In this document: positions 47,201 to 61,000 of the stretch, piece by piece
Layout of the letters: each line of letters starts with the position of its first letter
Position numbering within the stretch: position 1 is the first letter of the stretch
Source of the DNA: Yuukianura sp. NJ FZ-2021
Lineage: Eukaryota
DNA length: 64,000 bases
Assembly: GCA_046563655.1 (NCBI GenBank)
Contig: CM102286.1
Coordinates: forward strand, 5,952,001 to 6,016,000
Direction: 5' to 3'
Made by a program: the position numbers and the translations under genes
Notes under the pieces: generated by a model
What the model was told of the DNA's origin: nothing
The model's input: the letters and a program-made list of their open reading frames with translations, nothing else
Databases searched by the model: none

Positions 47201-50200
47201 ACATAATGTTACGAGGGTAGGTGAGGTTGCTAACACGTTAAAGAATCTATTGGGAATTGGGAATGGCCTTTTCGCCTGATCACCAGAAAGGGCCAAGGAA
47301 GTCAATCTGAGTGAAGCACAGGGCGACATAAATGTCGGCCATTTCTCGGAGGGGAGATTTGAACAAGTCAATGTAACGCCTTCGGAACTTCAAATCTCAT
47401 CTCCCCTTGTTCCATTCTGGGAAATGGGGGCAATTTCAATAAAAATCTGAGAAATATTACTAAACTCTCCCTCTCCATCCAATGGTCAAGGCTCTCTCGG
47501 GGAAAGACGTGGGGAAGGAGAAAGTTTACAAGGAAACGACAAAATGGAAACTGAATTCAATGCACATACACTTAAAAATAGTTGGAGAGAAAAACTTTTC
47601 CCGCGACTTCTTTTTCCCTTTGTAGTAACCACCCTCACACAGAATTTTGGAGAAAAAGTGAAAACGAAAACTTTCTAGAGAGACATACCCATTGGCACTG
47701 GACAGAGGAGCCAAGTCCAGGGACACTTTGGATGGAAAGCCAATGTTATGGCTTCATATAAATCTAAGGGTCCAAGTACTTTGGACGACGTTTTCATTAT
47801 TAGCCACTTTGTTGGTAGGATTACTGACGACGAAGCAAACTTTTCGCACACAAGGAGTCTATTTGGCTTCCTCTCCAGTTCTTAGCACTTGGCTTCGCAA
47901 ATCCTGAATACTCATAGAATCTTTGACAATGTTCAAGTACGCCCTTGTGACCTTTGCTGTCAAATGTGAATATGTAAACAATTGACGACCTAACTTACTG
48001 TAACTAAATTTTCAATTAACAATAACCTCAGCTGAATTAAAAAGAAGGTAATTTGTTAACTTATTTATTTATAATCATATCTCCCCAGAGCACTTCCATC
48101 CGGGTCAAAGGTCAACTTCTATGGGTTAATTTCACACCTATGGTTGAATAACTGATTAGAAGTAATTTGTTTAGTAGATTGTAGTGACTTGAATTTTCAG
48201 TTTTAAAAGAGCCTCTAAATAATGTTCAAGCTTTCAAATCTTTTGTTTTGAATTTGTGTTTTAGGATATTTTTTGAAACTGCCGGATTTGTGTAAGTTCT
48301 TTTGAAAATAGTTTTGATGGAAACTTTGAAACAAAAATATTGACAAAAGGAAAACTAGCTTCGTTTTATACCCGAGAAAGTTTTCAAGCAAACATTTGCT
48401 GACGTTTCGGATTCCATATCTTTGAACTGCATTGGAAAAGTTTTGATTCGGTTCAAAACTCTCACCTCCTTCCTTCCTTCAAAAATGAATTGAAAAACGA
48501 CACATTTTTCAGGAATGACAAACATGTAAGGCGCATTCGGTTTTCTTTTATAAACGAACAATAAGGGATTCGTTAGTGGATGAGCTCATTTTGTCGAGTT
48601 TCCATTTTTTTGAACTTTTGATGATTTTTATATGCGAAGATTTTTTAATGAATTAGCTCAGTAAAATCAAGTTCCAATTTTGTTTAGTACGTTTGTAAAA
48701 TTTCCTTTGAAGAATGAGAAAATTATACCTTTTTAATTTTAGCCTCTTATTTTCACCGGCAATCATTTCAAAAGGGAAATCGTGTGTTTTTCATATGAAA
48801 TCTCCTCGTCATTCTCAAAATAAATCTACTTTTAATGAGAACCTATTCAGTTTCAAAAGACAGAAATTGACAATCCCGCTTCATAACTCTTACGTGTATC
48901 TCTCTCCTCTTTGTTCAATCCAAAACTCACTTCAAAGCTAATTGTTCCCAACTTTATAACTTTATTTGAAAAGGAAAAGAACTTTTCCAAAAAATTATAT
49001 TTCACAGTTTATGATACGTCCTTTTCAGTAGAAGGATTTTGTTAATTTGATTCCTTTGTTTCTGCTGTCTTTTTGACTTTTTTGAAAAAGAAGATAGAGA
49101 CATGTTTCTACTTAGAAAGCGACAGAATTTTAATTTGGTCTTTAAAAAAAAACTAAACTTGTTCTCACTATTTCTGCTCAAAAAGTGTCATCTTCGTTTA
49201 AAAAAGAAAATGGGAGCAGTAAAATATGAGTTTTTGCAACCCAACCCACAAGAAGGGAAAGGCCTCGTTGTGGAAATCCAAGTTCTTAGCTGGTGAAAGT
49301 AGAGTTGATGAGAATTCGTTGCCCTATGAAGAGTCATATTTCATTTCCAAGAAAATTTTGTAATTAGTTCAGAAAACGTTCCTTATTTCAGCCTTTTCAT
49401 ATTTGCATACGAAAGGCCATACTTTGGACCTAGTTTCATCTCTAAAATGGAGTAAATGTAAAATTGAGCGATCAAGAATACGGTAGAGTTAAAGTTATTA
49501 ACTCTTCATAATTTCACTTCATCAGCCAAAACCAGCTGTAAACTAGGCTTAGATAACATTGTTAGGGTAAAAGCAGGAAGTCTAATGAGTTAGTTTAAGA
49601 ACGTCAATTACGTCAATCAATTAATGACGGAATTGACGCCGTTTGTCAAAATGATCGCAACCTTTTTGTTGATTTGACGAGCAAAGAATGCAAACCATCC
49701 GAGAGACCTATTTGTGCAAACGTATGTATTGCTGGAAACTACGTGTGCAGATGTCCGTCGTCATGCATCACTGGAGATACACTTTAGTACCTGTGCTGCA
49801 TATCTGAATTGCCTTTCCTCTGCTTCTGTTAGTGTTTGCTTGCAATGTTCCGGAAAATGATCCAGATGACTAACCTGAATTTTGTTTCCGTCAATTCGCA
49901 AAAAAAAAGCAATTTCCAATTCGAAGGGATCAGAATGCACTCTTGGATTTAAAGAGACAAGACTTAAGAAAAAAAACCACCCCCATGATCCGTCTTGTTT
50001 GTCTTTTGTGTCTGTTTCTTGTTTCTTGTAGAGTTAATCCCTGCGACAGATCAACTTCCATCAATCCTGGTTGGTTGTTTTGCCACCAATGATGATGTCA
50101 CGAAGAAAGATGCCAATAGAGCAAATGAAAGTTACTATTGTTGCCTCTGCCTCGGACAACACGACTGAGTTTTTAGCCGACATTACAAGACAACTCAATT

Positions 50201-53200
50201 TTCAGCTACAATTTCTCTTTTCAATATTTTTTTGAATCATGCGACACTTTTAATGATTTCATTTTTGAGTTTCAACGATTGTCAACATCCTGTTATAAAA
50301 TGGAAACAAAGTTTTGATTTTGTGGTTGTTTTGAAGCAAATCTAGGAGGAAATGGGTAAAATAAATCCAATATTTGGAAATGCGAAAAAAACACTTTTTT
50401 CCAATTCGCGCCAAATCGAGGGCACCAACCTCCACTTTCACTCAAATCAACCCTTAACATAGGCATACACAAAAATCCAACCTCACGGTACACTAAATCC
50501 ATGACATCACGGAGAGCCGAAATCTAGAGAAACTTTTCTCCCGTGAGCTGTCTCAATTTCTTTCTTTTTTATTTTCCCTTTGCTCCTAAAACAAATTCTG
50601 GATAAAAAAAAAGAAAACAAGTTGGTTTCTAGCACCCTGCCATGTTTTCACAAAATTTTGTCGCTCCCTATACAACTATGTATGCCAGTGGGAACCACCT
50701 CAGGCCTAATGAGAAATGATGACAAAAATTTGTCTGAGACTTTCTCCATTTGGGCTTTACCAAAACTTTTTTTCTCAGAATAAACAAAAACAAGGTTTCA
50801 GAAATTGCATTGTCTCTTTCACAAGTTTTTTGTTTCTTTCCTCTCAACAATTTCTACTTTCTGCCAGACTCCACCAGAAGATTATTATTATTCTGAGTTT
50901 AGCATCCAAACTTTTCTTGATTGTCTCAACTCAAATTGCAAAAAGTAAGTTAGACTAAAAAGTTCAACACAGTTTTATTCTGATTTTTTTTTCGAGATGT
51001 GTACTTTGTAGTGACATCTAACTGTTTTTTTTAAACAAAGTCACACGAAAAGATTTGCAGTCCACGATTTACGGGTATTGATGTTGAAGTTTTTGAAATT
51101 TCAGCGCTACATCAGATTCATTATTTATTGTAACAAAGCTATGATTGATTTGAACTTCTTGCGGAAGTGTCCATTAGTTTAGCTATGTTGTGAAAAATTG
51201 TGAAAAAAGGACAGTTTTTCAAGTCTTTTGTATTGAAAAGGAAAGCAAACCTTTCTCCCTTTGTTTAGTTGAAAAGATATGTCAATTTTTGGATGGGAAA
51301 GAAAAATAATGCTTATCCTTTCAAATGTTCGAGAAGGTTCGTCACTTGGAGTCATTAGGACACAAAACCCCGTTTCCGTTCCATTCCATTTAATCTGACT
51401 CATAGAGGCAGGAGACATACAAAGAAAAAGCAAAGCGTGGGTTTAGTTTCTTCAAGAGCAGACAAAAAATCTGTGAGTAACTCTAACAGCATTGCTCAGT
51501 TTTTTTTTCGCTTCGGTTTCTTTCTCCGCCTCTGCTGGAAATGCGTTAAAGAAAGCTACTAAAAGTAATGAGTTATGGAAGATTCTTTGTGAGAGACAGA
51601 CGGAGGGGCTGAGCCTCCAAGGTGAAATAAGTGAAAGTGTTAAGGCCTTTTGTGAGGTCGATGAAAGGGAATACTTTCTATTCTTTTTTTACTTTCTCGG
51701 AATCTGTTTGAATTTTTCCGAAAAAGGGGTAGATTTATGGCATGGGAGGATGAAGAGAAAACGAGGTCACGGCGTAGAAACATGGAAAAGAGCCACCCGA
51801 AAGAACAAAGTGGAGCCACCGCAGCGCCGGCACGATGATTCAACGTACCTGAACATTGTTGATGAACCAAGTGATGTTGGAAGGTGGTCGAGAGGGTCCA
51901 AATGAGCAATTAGCTTTAATTCTCTCCCCAACTTCGTAACGGTGTTTTCCAACTTCAATCAATGGCAAATTCTCGGGAAACTCTGTTCAGAACAAGGAAC
52001 GAAAATAATTATCATCAACTCTCCGTGTCAAAATGTCGGAGTAGAAAAGTTTCTCTTTTGGAGTGGAGAAAGTTAAGTTAGGTAAAAACTATATCTAGCC
52101 GAATTAGAAGATTCCTGTTATACATTATATTGAACAAGTGTTTTTCCCTTGCTAAGGTATTGTAGTTAGTAAAAAATTTTCTACTGAACACATTTCTAAT
52201 TATTTTTTTGTAAGCAAAAATGCGTTGATCTGCAAAACCAATTTCTTTTTGTAAATTTAGTTAATTAGTTTTTTTAGTTTCTTGTATTTCCATTAATTTC
52301 CAGTAATTTCTTGTTAATTTGTTTTGAAAGCTTTTCTTCTTACTATTTACTGAAAAATATAACATGGGTTGCATTAAAGATAAATTAATTCAGCTCTTCT
52401 TTTTTTTTTACAGAAGAAAAAATAGCGTGTGTTACCGACAATGATGTCGGAATCTTGGACTGCCGGTTGAGGAAATGGGAAATGTGTCAGTGAAGTGACA
52501 CTGTCGTTAGGGCTTGACACATCGAGCCAATTAAGATAACCAACGAACCCACTTCCTTGGTTCAGTTAGTGGGTCTGTCTATAAGAATCCGGAGAAAAAC
52601 CGAATTCTCGGAACTTGATTTGACAGTTCATGTTCTAGTCCAATCCGAATTGCGCGAAAACCAGTTTACTAGCCGGAAAGCAATTAAACGACCACAGGAG
52701 ACGCAAGCGATTGATTTCTCCATACTAATTTCAAAACTTTAGTTCTAAGCTTTGAAAATTGTTAGCAAATTTAGCGTTTTCAAAATCACAATTTTTTTTT
52801 CCGGCTGAGTGAAGAACAGTGAATAGAAGATTGCATAGTTAGAAAGTTTCACCAGTTTTACCGTTTCGTTTTCTAGAACACCAACTCTGTGTCGTTTGCT
52901 CGTAAAGTTTAGTTGGACGTCGAGTTATCAACTGCCTTCGACTTGTCTGCGCTATAAGGAAATGGATGGACTCTTGTCTTGTGCGAAAAATAGGAAATTG
53001 GGTTCCGGGATTTGTGGAGTTGGAAAATTACTTATCTTTTACCCAAGTAGCAAATATGTCTTCCAAACGTCTTCCCGGACTCGCATTCTTTTTATTTTAT
53101 TTTAGTTTAGGCAGAAGGAGCATCAACCCCAAACCACTTTCCCTATCTTTACATGCAATGGGGTTAGAGTAGTGCTTAGCTCAAAAACTATGTTATGTGC

Positions 53201-55070
53201 TACCCCTTTTCCAAAATTCGTTCGGTCGATTGAATAGCCTAGTAACGCATAATATGTGGTTGAGATACCGCAAGTACAGAAGAACATCAGACACACTTCC
53301 AATGCTAACACAAAATGTCTATGGGAATTGCCGTATCTCCATAACACATCTCTTTCTTCACGTCGACGTTCCCCATCACCAAAGTTTCTTTATGGGCCGA
53401 TGCGCTCTTAGAACTACTTTCCGTCCCGGTAGAACTATCAGACAGACTTTGGATTGTACAACTCCGGTCTCTAGAAGAGTTTCTATGGTTTCTAGAAGGT
53501 TTTCAACGTCCGCTAGAACTGTTCTTCTAAAGCCCTCTGCATAATCTCCACTCTCCTTTCCTTTCCATTTTACTCAACAACTCTGAAACTTCTTCACCGC
53601 CACTTAACCAAATCCTTCGAATCCAAAGAGCATGATTTAGATTCAATTCACCGTGTCGTAAAATATGGGCGGACGCAAATGGTACCTCTTCGCAAACTTT
53701 TGAACTCCCCTTCACTCGAATCCTATTGGATCTAATGTAAATCCATTTGAAGTCCAATAGAAGTGAAGGAAGGAGTGAAAGTTTGACCTTCTGATCTTCG
53801 AAAGGTCAAGCGGTCAAAGTTTTTACTTACCAACAATGGTCATGTGAGAGGTTCTCATGTCCGTGTCAAAGAACGGGGCATCTGCGGAAACTTCACATCT
53901 GTAACTCCCGCTTTGCTCATGACGGACGGACTTGAGGAGAACTTGGTGAGCATCCGATTTTGATGTCTGGCAGGCCAAAACACATTGGAAAAAGAAAAGA
54001 AAAAAGAAAGTTAGATATTTTTGAGAGAAAGTACAAAGAACAAGAACTGAACCAATTCACTTTTACAGACACTCCTCGTCATGGTTGAAATGACAAGGAG
54101 TTGGCAGTGGGGCAATTGCTGCGTAACATGTACTTTCACCAGAGTCATGGATATATTTGAAAGCAGAAAGCAGTAAAACTCGAGTACTTGGCCCGGTTTG
54201 GACTTTCCTTGTCTTCCAATACTCCACCAGCTACTCTTTGAAAATTGTTTTTCAAAAACTAGCACACGCTCTTATGGGCTTCCCTCCCATTACTTTATCA
54301 CAGTAGAAACCAGCCGCCAACTTTTTTTAACTTTGAGCTTTCACTCTGATTTAGGCTGTTCCAACAACAAAGCTCAAACCGAAAAGTTTTCACATTCACA
54401 TGTGCCGACTTTGAAATTTTAGTTAAAATTTCAAAGCTGATTGATCTAACACTTATTGAAATTTACAAAACAAAATTTTCCTATTTTTATATTAAGCTGA
54501 TTCCCCATTTTTATTGCAGCATGGAACGAGTTGTGAAATATATTGTAAAAATTTGAATACTGTAAGAAAAAAAATTACAAAGCAAACCGTGAAATTTTAG
54601 AAAATAAAAAAAAGTCTTCTACTTTTACATCGAAAAAAACAAAAACCAATTCGGGGTAAGTGTTCCGGTTTCTGGTGAGCGCAATGGCGCAGTAGTCTAA
54701 AAATTGCAATTTCGCAAAGAAAGCAAATCTTCAAAGGAAAATGCGTGAACGATTGGGCATTTGTTATTTTCAGCCAAAAAACAAACAAGCAACAACAGAA
54801 GACAATACCGCCGCCTCATTTGTTATGAAACGCGCAACGTTTTCATGTTTTCTTTTCTTACGTCAATTTCCAATCCAGTGATCGGGAAAACTTGTATCGG
54901 CGGAACTTCTTTGGGAACGTAACGATAAAACTCCTCTTCACCCAAGTACCATTTGACAGCATACAAAGACTCGTTATGTTCTAGGTCATAGTGACATGAC
55001 AAAGATACGTGCTTGCCAAGGTCAACTGACGAAGGAACAATGACCTGCACATTTTTCAGTGGCTCCACAC
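41246..55070 (-). CDS. beat: Beaten-path (Beat) family two-Ig-domain protein, 5'-partial; exons 55070-54862, 53966-53831, 51982-51849, 43716-43461 and probable last exon 41475-41246
   Basis: Ig1: LSCHYDLEHNESLYAVKWYLGEEEFYRYVPKEVPP...SKSDAHQVLLKSV...SGSYRCEVSADAPFFDT. Ig2: RYEVGERIKANCSFGPSRPPSNITWFINN...FRNGRLKLKCIANVY...EEEKPRSASV. The last exon gives a Ser-rich stalk and a hydrophobic segment. Phases are consistent; the signal-peptide exon was not located and the subfamily is not assigned. Confidence 0.87.
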
Positions 55071-58000
55071 CTGAAAAACACACAGAAAAAAACTCGTTTA
55101 GTAGTGGACTAAATTTTTCCACTCATAATTCATCAATTCCACAAAATTTTGTTTTCAGAGGCATATTTTTCAAATAGACAAACAAAGAAACCAAGTGGGT
55201 CAAAGTGTTCCACAAGTTCTTTGTGCGTGCTTTCACCTCAGAGAAAGTTGGAAGAAAAGGGTGGGAAACACGTTGTTTTATCTAATCCCCGAGATCAATT
55301 TACTTTTCCTGTATTAGCCCTTCCCAGTATCATGCAAGTGTATGCCAGGGTATTGGGAATAACCTATTAAACGAAGTAAAAGAACTGTAACATTTATTAC
55401 AAGGCGGCACGACATCGCAAGTACTTAAATCTAAGCCCTGGATGGTTAGCCATTTTAGTACTTTGAGAAGAAATGGAGCTAACTATTTGCGCTACTTTCT
55501 TCTTTTCAGAAATTGTGGCCTAATTACATCACCATTCAATGCTTCATCTTAAACCCAGACAGAGGCCATTTCAACTCAAATGTAATTTATTGCAAACGGT
55601 AGTGGGCGAAAGTGGTCTTAACATAATTGGATTTGTAATCTGGCTTAAGATTTCATAAAAGAAAAGCTTAGGATCGTTTACAAATCAACCGAATATAGCA
55701 CATAAATATTTAATGCAAGTAATCTAGAAATATTTCAAAACTTTCCGCACAAATCAGTACAGTTTTTGGTTTAAGTGGCGTTACGTGGCTGGAATACGAT
55801 TCTGAAAACGTTTGAATTTTAAACTGGATTCTTTTTAATTTGAAGATTTGTGCCGAGTAGAGTACAAAACGGCATGTAACTTTTTTCGCGGGTAGTTTAA
55901 AGGTAAGCGTTGTGTTATGTTCATGAGTACATTATGTTTTAGGAAAACGATTGAAAAGTAGAACAAAGTAGTTTGAACTGGCAAAGTTAAGTTCTTAACC
56001 AGATTCTAAGGAGCCATTTCTGCTTCAACTATAAACGACTCAGGTTATTTTCTGCCATTTTCTTTCCTCATTTCCTAACTCATTTTCGCAGACATTTTGT
56101 AGGCCATTTATTCCTGAATTGTGTCCTGGCACCTATTATATCCTCCGTCGGAAAGAGAATATAAAAGTTCACTGAAATTTTCTACCTCCGCTTATCCTTA
56201 AACGCAAGCATAGCATGATCCAGTAACGTTAAAACTCAGCCTGAAACCTAACCTTCAGCACTTAGTCAACGGTGGATAACGGAAAGCGTCGTGGAGAGAC
56301 ACCGTTTCAATTTACAAGGGACGTCGCTTCCGCTGTTGCTGCAGAGTGAACGTGAAAACCTCAAAGCTCAAAGGGCTCCTTCGTCCAGTCAACCATGAAT
56401 ATTGAATGGAGTCGCCTGAGTGGTTAAGGACTCACCACCTAACCAAACCAGCCTCGTTGGTCATCAATATTAGGAAGGAAGCTATAGGTCCTGGACGACA
56501 GTAAAAATTGACTACGAAGTTCCTGACACTTCCACAAGAGCATGAATACTTGAGATAACAAGGAATGTCGAGGAAGGCATTCAAAGTGGATCCACAGCAA
56601 AACTAAATGGAAGTTGTGCTCTAGAATTCAGGACTTTTTTGACTTTTGAACTTTCGCTCGTGGCTGAGTTGTGAAATGGCTGAATGTATAATGTCGTGTA
56701 ATTTTGTCGTTGGATGATTCGCACCATAAGTGAGTTAAGAGACGAACATACTACACCGTTCAAGCCTAAAAAAGAAATGCAATATTAAATGTCATTTGGA
56801 ATGGATGCTGACTTTGTCTTTTATTTGAAAAAAGTTCGGCAGAGAAAGCCGTCGGCGGTTGCCTTTCTTTTCGTATATCACTTGATCTCCAAAATTTTCA
56901 ATAGAAACTGACTGATTTTGAGTGGGATTATTGAATTTGAGAAATGCCACAGTCGGAGACACGAGTTTCAAAGAAACCGCGCTTTCTCCGCAAGAATCCT
57001 AAATAGAAAAGTGTCAAAGTTCCAAATCGTCAAACTGTCAATTTTCAAGTCAGTTGGAAGAAACAGGACTGTAAAAAATTTATAATTTGAGAATATATTT
57101 TTTTTTCAAAACTGAAACCACAATGTGCTGTACGTTCCTCGCGCTTGGAAAATCCTCGACGCGTTAGAAGTTTGTAAGGACGCGCCGTTTTTAATGTACG
57201 AATTCTCGCACTACCACCAAGGCCGCAAGGAAAATGAAAAGCAAAAGTTATGAGGAGCGAGCTGACATTTCCACATTTGTGAAAGAAAGAGAAAGCCAGG
57301 ACCTTTTCCATCCGTGGCAAATAAAGTTAGGGTATAAGTCATACCCTAGTGGCGGGAGAATCTTTTTTGTGTGTGCGAAAGTGAAAATGTAAAGAAAAAA
57401 TTGAACTTTCCAGAAAAATACTTGCAAACTGGAGAGTATTTGCCGTTCTCGCCTCCTAAGAAAATCGGCATATTCCTTTCCATTTCTTCCAAAAATAAAA
57501 AAAAAAGTTCCACTTTCTCCGGAAAGAGAAAATATGAGAGAAATTTTTGTGATTTTCCAAAATATATTGGCGAGCCGTGACATTTGTTGGTCGAGAGAGA
57601 TTGAAAATGTGGTCCTTGTACCATTACCCTTGCTTCCCTATCGATTCCAGCCAGTTTTAGTAGTAGTGGCGGCTGGAAATATTCTTTTTGAAAACTGAAT
57701 TTCTTTTTTCTTCAAGTCAAGTACACTTTGTTCTAAAAGGAAGAAAAAACTGGAACTACGCCCTTCAGAATCTCGTTTTATTTGGAAACTGAAAACTTTC
57801 TACTTTTTAGAACAAACTCGTAAAACATTTCCTCTTCAAAGTTGGAGAGTCTTAGATCTTATATGCAGTGGTGTTTGTAAGAGTAAAAACCAACGAGCAT
57901 ATAACATAAATTTTGAAACCCTGAAAACCCTAAACCACAAAATCCTGTTAGCGGAACTTAAAAGTTAATTATTTGCTGTGGTGGAATTAATTTGATTTTT

Positions 58001-61000
58001 GGTGGATATACTTGTTTCACCTATGGGATTTGGCGTCAAGATCAAAAGTTTGCGCTTTAATCAACAGTTGCTAAATACGCAAACACAAGTCAACCATGGT
58101 AGCCTAACCTCATCTGCTTAAACCTAGCCTAAATTTACATAATCGAACATACTCAAACCAACCCACGCTAAATTAACATTTTCCAACACAAACTTTGCTT
58201 TAATTAATTGCAATGTTTAACTTATTAAAACTACAAACACTGAATGCATTTTTTTAGACCAACGATTTTAAAGCTTTAGCTCAACCGAGAGTTTGATCGA
58301 GTGACCTAATGTGAAAAATTTAACTTTTTTGAATTCTGCGCACGCGTGGCCAATAATTTAAGCTGCGGCGGGGGTTTTAGCTTGTAGGTTTAAGTAACTG
58401 AACCCAATAAATCTTTAATCCGCCACTTGCATTTCCAGATTCAGTCCGCGCTTTCACCAAACGTCCATAGCAACCACAAAGGCCGTTGGTTGCAGAGAGA
58501 AAGCAAAAAAGGAAAAAGGATGCGTCGGCTCATGAATAACTATAAAGACCATTACCACAAAATTTAGACTCTTTTTCCCAGCCCCGCCGTCTTTGCCCCG
58601 CCGGATTCTCATTTACCCACCATCCCATTCCTCCATGTAGCTCCAAATGATGAAAGGGATCTTCCGCTAATCTGTCAGCCTGGGCAATTCCCTTCGTAGC
58701 CATGCTCATACTCGACCCAGTTTTACCTCGACGAATGCTAAGACGAATGTCATCCGAAAACCCGAAAGAAAGCAACCGCTTGAGCCTGGAAATTGAATTA
58801 GGACCACTTTTCTTTTGTTGTGGTTCAATCAAGCGCCAGAGCCACAAGGAAGAAGGAGATTCCTTGGAAACAGAATCTACATAATGATAATTGTAACTGT
58901 AGACCACTGCTCTCCTCCTACCCTGCTGGGTTGGAGAGATGGGACTTAATTAACTTTTCCTTTCAAAAACTTGGTCGAAGGGAAAGTTCCCGCTCCACAA
59001 CTTACGAGAAAACCGTCATTTTCTCCAGGGAAACAACAATAGGCGTCATGGACTGAGCAAAAGAAGGAAACTAGAGCCGCAGAAAGACTTTCTCCCTAAG
59101 GCTCCGCATGGCTTGGCCTCTAAGTTGTAACCCCGGAATAAGAAAAGAGGATCAAGGAAGAGGCTTTAGTCGTTACGTCTGCGCAGCATTGTTGACTCTA
59201 CCAGTGGAAACTATGGTCACTGGAATTCCAATCCTGTGAGGCCAGACAAAGTCAAGACAAGTCGCCACTAATGCATTTCTGTCAAGATGCAACAGAAAGC
59301 AGGAAATGCGGGAAGCACTTGCCATCATCGGGATCACTCCTTCCAGTACATCTCCGAATCCATTCATCCGGAATCTAGCTTCGTAAATTTTGTGAAGCAG
59401 GGTTGAATTTGAGGCTAAAACGAAAAGTGTGCATCAGAGACACCGTGAAGGGCTTCAATCAAAGCTCCCGTTTCTAGTTTTCCCCAATTTCAATTTGTGC
59501 GATGTCAGAGGTTTAGTGGGTGTAGTTGGTTGGCATTGTAGCGTCCGTTGATTGACAGGGCGTGGGTGTTCAACCGTTGACAAAATCGCAATAAAAGCAT
59601 GCTTTTGTCTAATATGTTTCAATAGAAACTAGCTCGTAGCAACCCCACGCAATACCATGGCAAACATCGAATTTTCATCTTTGGAATTCATTTATTACCT
59701 ATGCACCGAACCGGTTTCTTTTTACAAAGAAGTTTTTTGTGCACATCCGTTGAAGTGAAAAGAAGATTAAATTGTTACATTGAATAAAGTAACTATGGTT
59801 GTTAGGAACAAAGTTCTGTTGCTACCTTATTAGAGCAATTTTGAGAACATGAAAGTTTCATTTTTAGTACATATCTTGTAGTCCATCTAAAAACGGGAGA
59901 ATTTGATGATGAAAGTGGAGTTGTAGAACATGACGCTTTCATTCCAATGGCTTAAGAAGCATTAACTTTTACTTTTCCTTCCTTTCTAGTGCAGTCCAAC
60001 ACTTTTGATCTGGTTGGGTTCGTCTAATAAGTAAATTAACTTCGCCAGTTGAAATTGGTTTTAGAAATTGGAAACTGGGACGGTGGTTTGGGAGAGAAAG
60101 CCGTTGGGAACAAAATTCAAAGAGCTTGGTTTCTGTTCAAAAGCTTCTCAAATCCAAACATTCCACCATTCCGAGTTCACCATTTTGGTTATAAATTTTG
60201 GTAAAATCAAAGGTGGTGGTGGCGGTGAAAGTGAGCCTTTGAGCTACACTTTCTACACTGAGGTTACTAGTGCTACCCCACCATTGAAAATATTGTAGAT
60301 TCTAGAAATTCTAGTTTCAACGAGAAAGTTTCAAAATTTTCGATTTTATATAGTACCACCAAAACTTAAATCCCCTTCCAGGTTTCCTCTAGTGTCCAAC
60401 CCACGGGAGAAATATTCATCTCCTCCTTTTACTACACACTTTCTACCATTAAATTCACACTTTCCAAACCCACTTCAGTCCATATGTTGCCGGCAGCCTA
60501 TGTTTGAACGCAGACTTGGTTGGCGGGAACTTGTCTTCCATCTTACCAAACTTCCAGTTCAAAATGTAATTGAAACGACGGGTGTCATTCTGACTCTGAC
60601 ATTATGTGCCAATACTTTTTTCTTTTTAAACTTTTCAAAATCTTAGTTGACTAAACTTTCTTAAGACACCTCTAAACCAAACCCACACACTTAACTTTTC
60701 TTAGAAAAAAAAAGAGGAAAGCGTCTATTTGAAAATTAATTTTTTATTAAGAAAGGATTTTTTTGGTACTTTTTCTTTTCATTTTCCGAGAAAGTTTCAT
60801 AATAACTTTTCAGCTCGAAGGAAGGTAAAGCTGACAAACTTTAGTGGCAAGCCACTAAAATTTTATCTTCCGCGCCGCTGAAGAACGAACAAAGTTAAAA
60901 AAAATTTCAAGGCGAACCTAATTGGAACAGGATCAACTTGAACTTCGTCGTTGGTTCTCATTGAATTTCTGCAACTTGATTATTCTGCGCCCCCGCAAAT

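Noticed and set aside
53123..53573. About 150 stop-free codons on the minus strand with a weak 21-bp TAGAA periodicity in a beat intron
   Set aside because: No early ATG, no convincing splice sites and no recognisable domain.
56405..56470. GTCGCCTGAGTGGTTAAGG resembling a tRNA D-arm/A-box
   Set aside because: No T-arm GTTCRA/B-box and no acceptor stem pairing.
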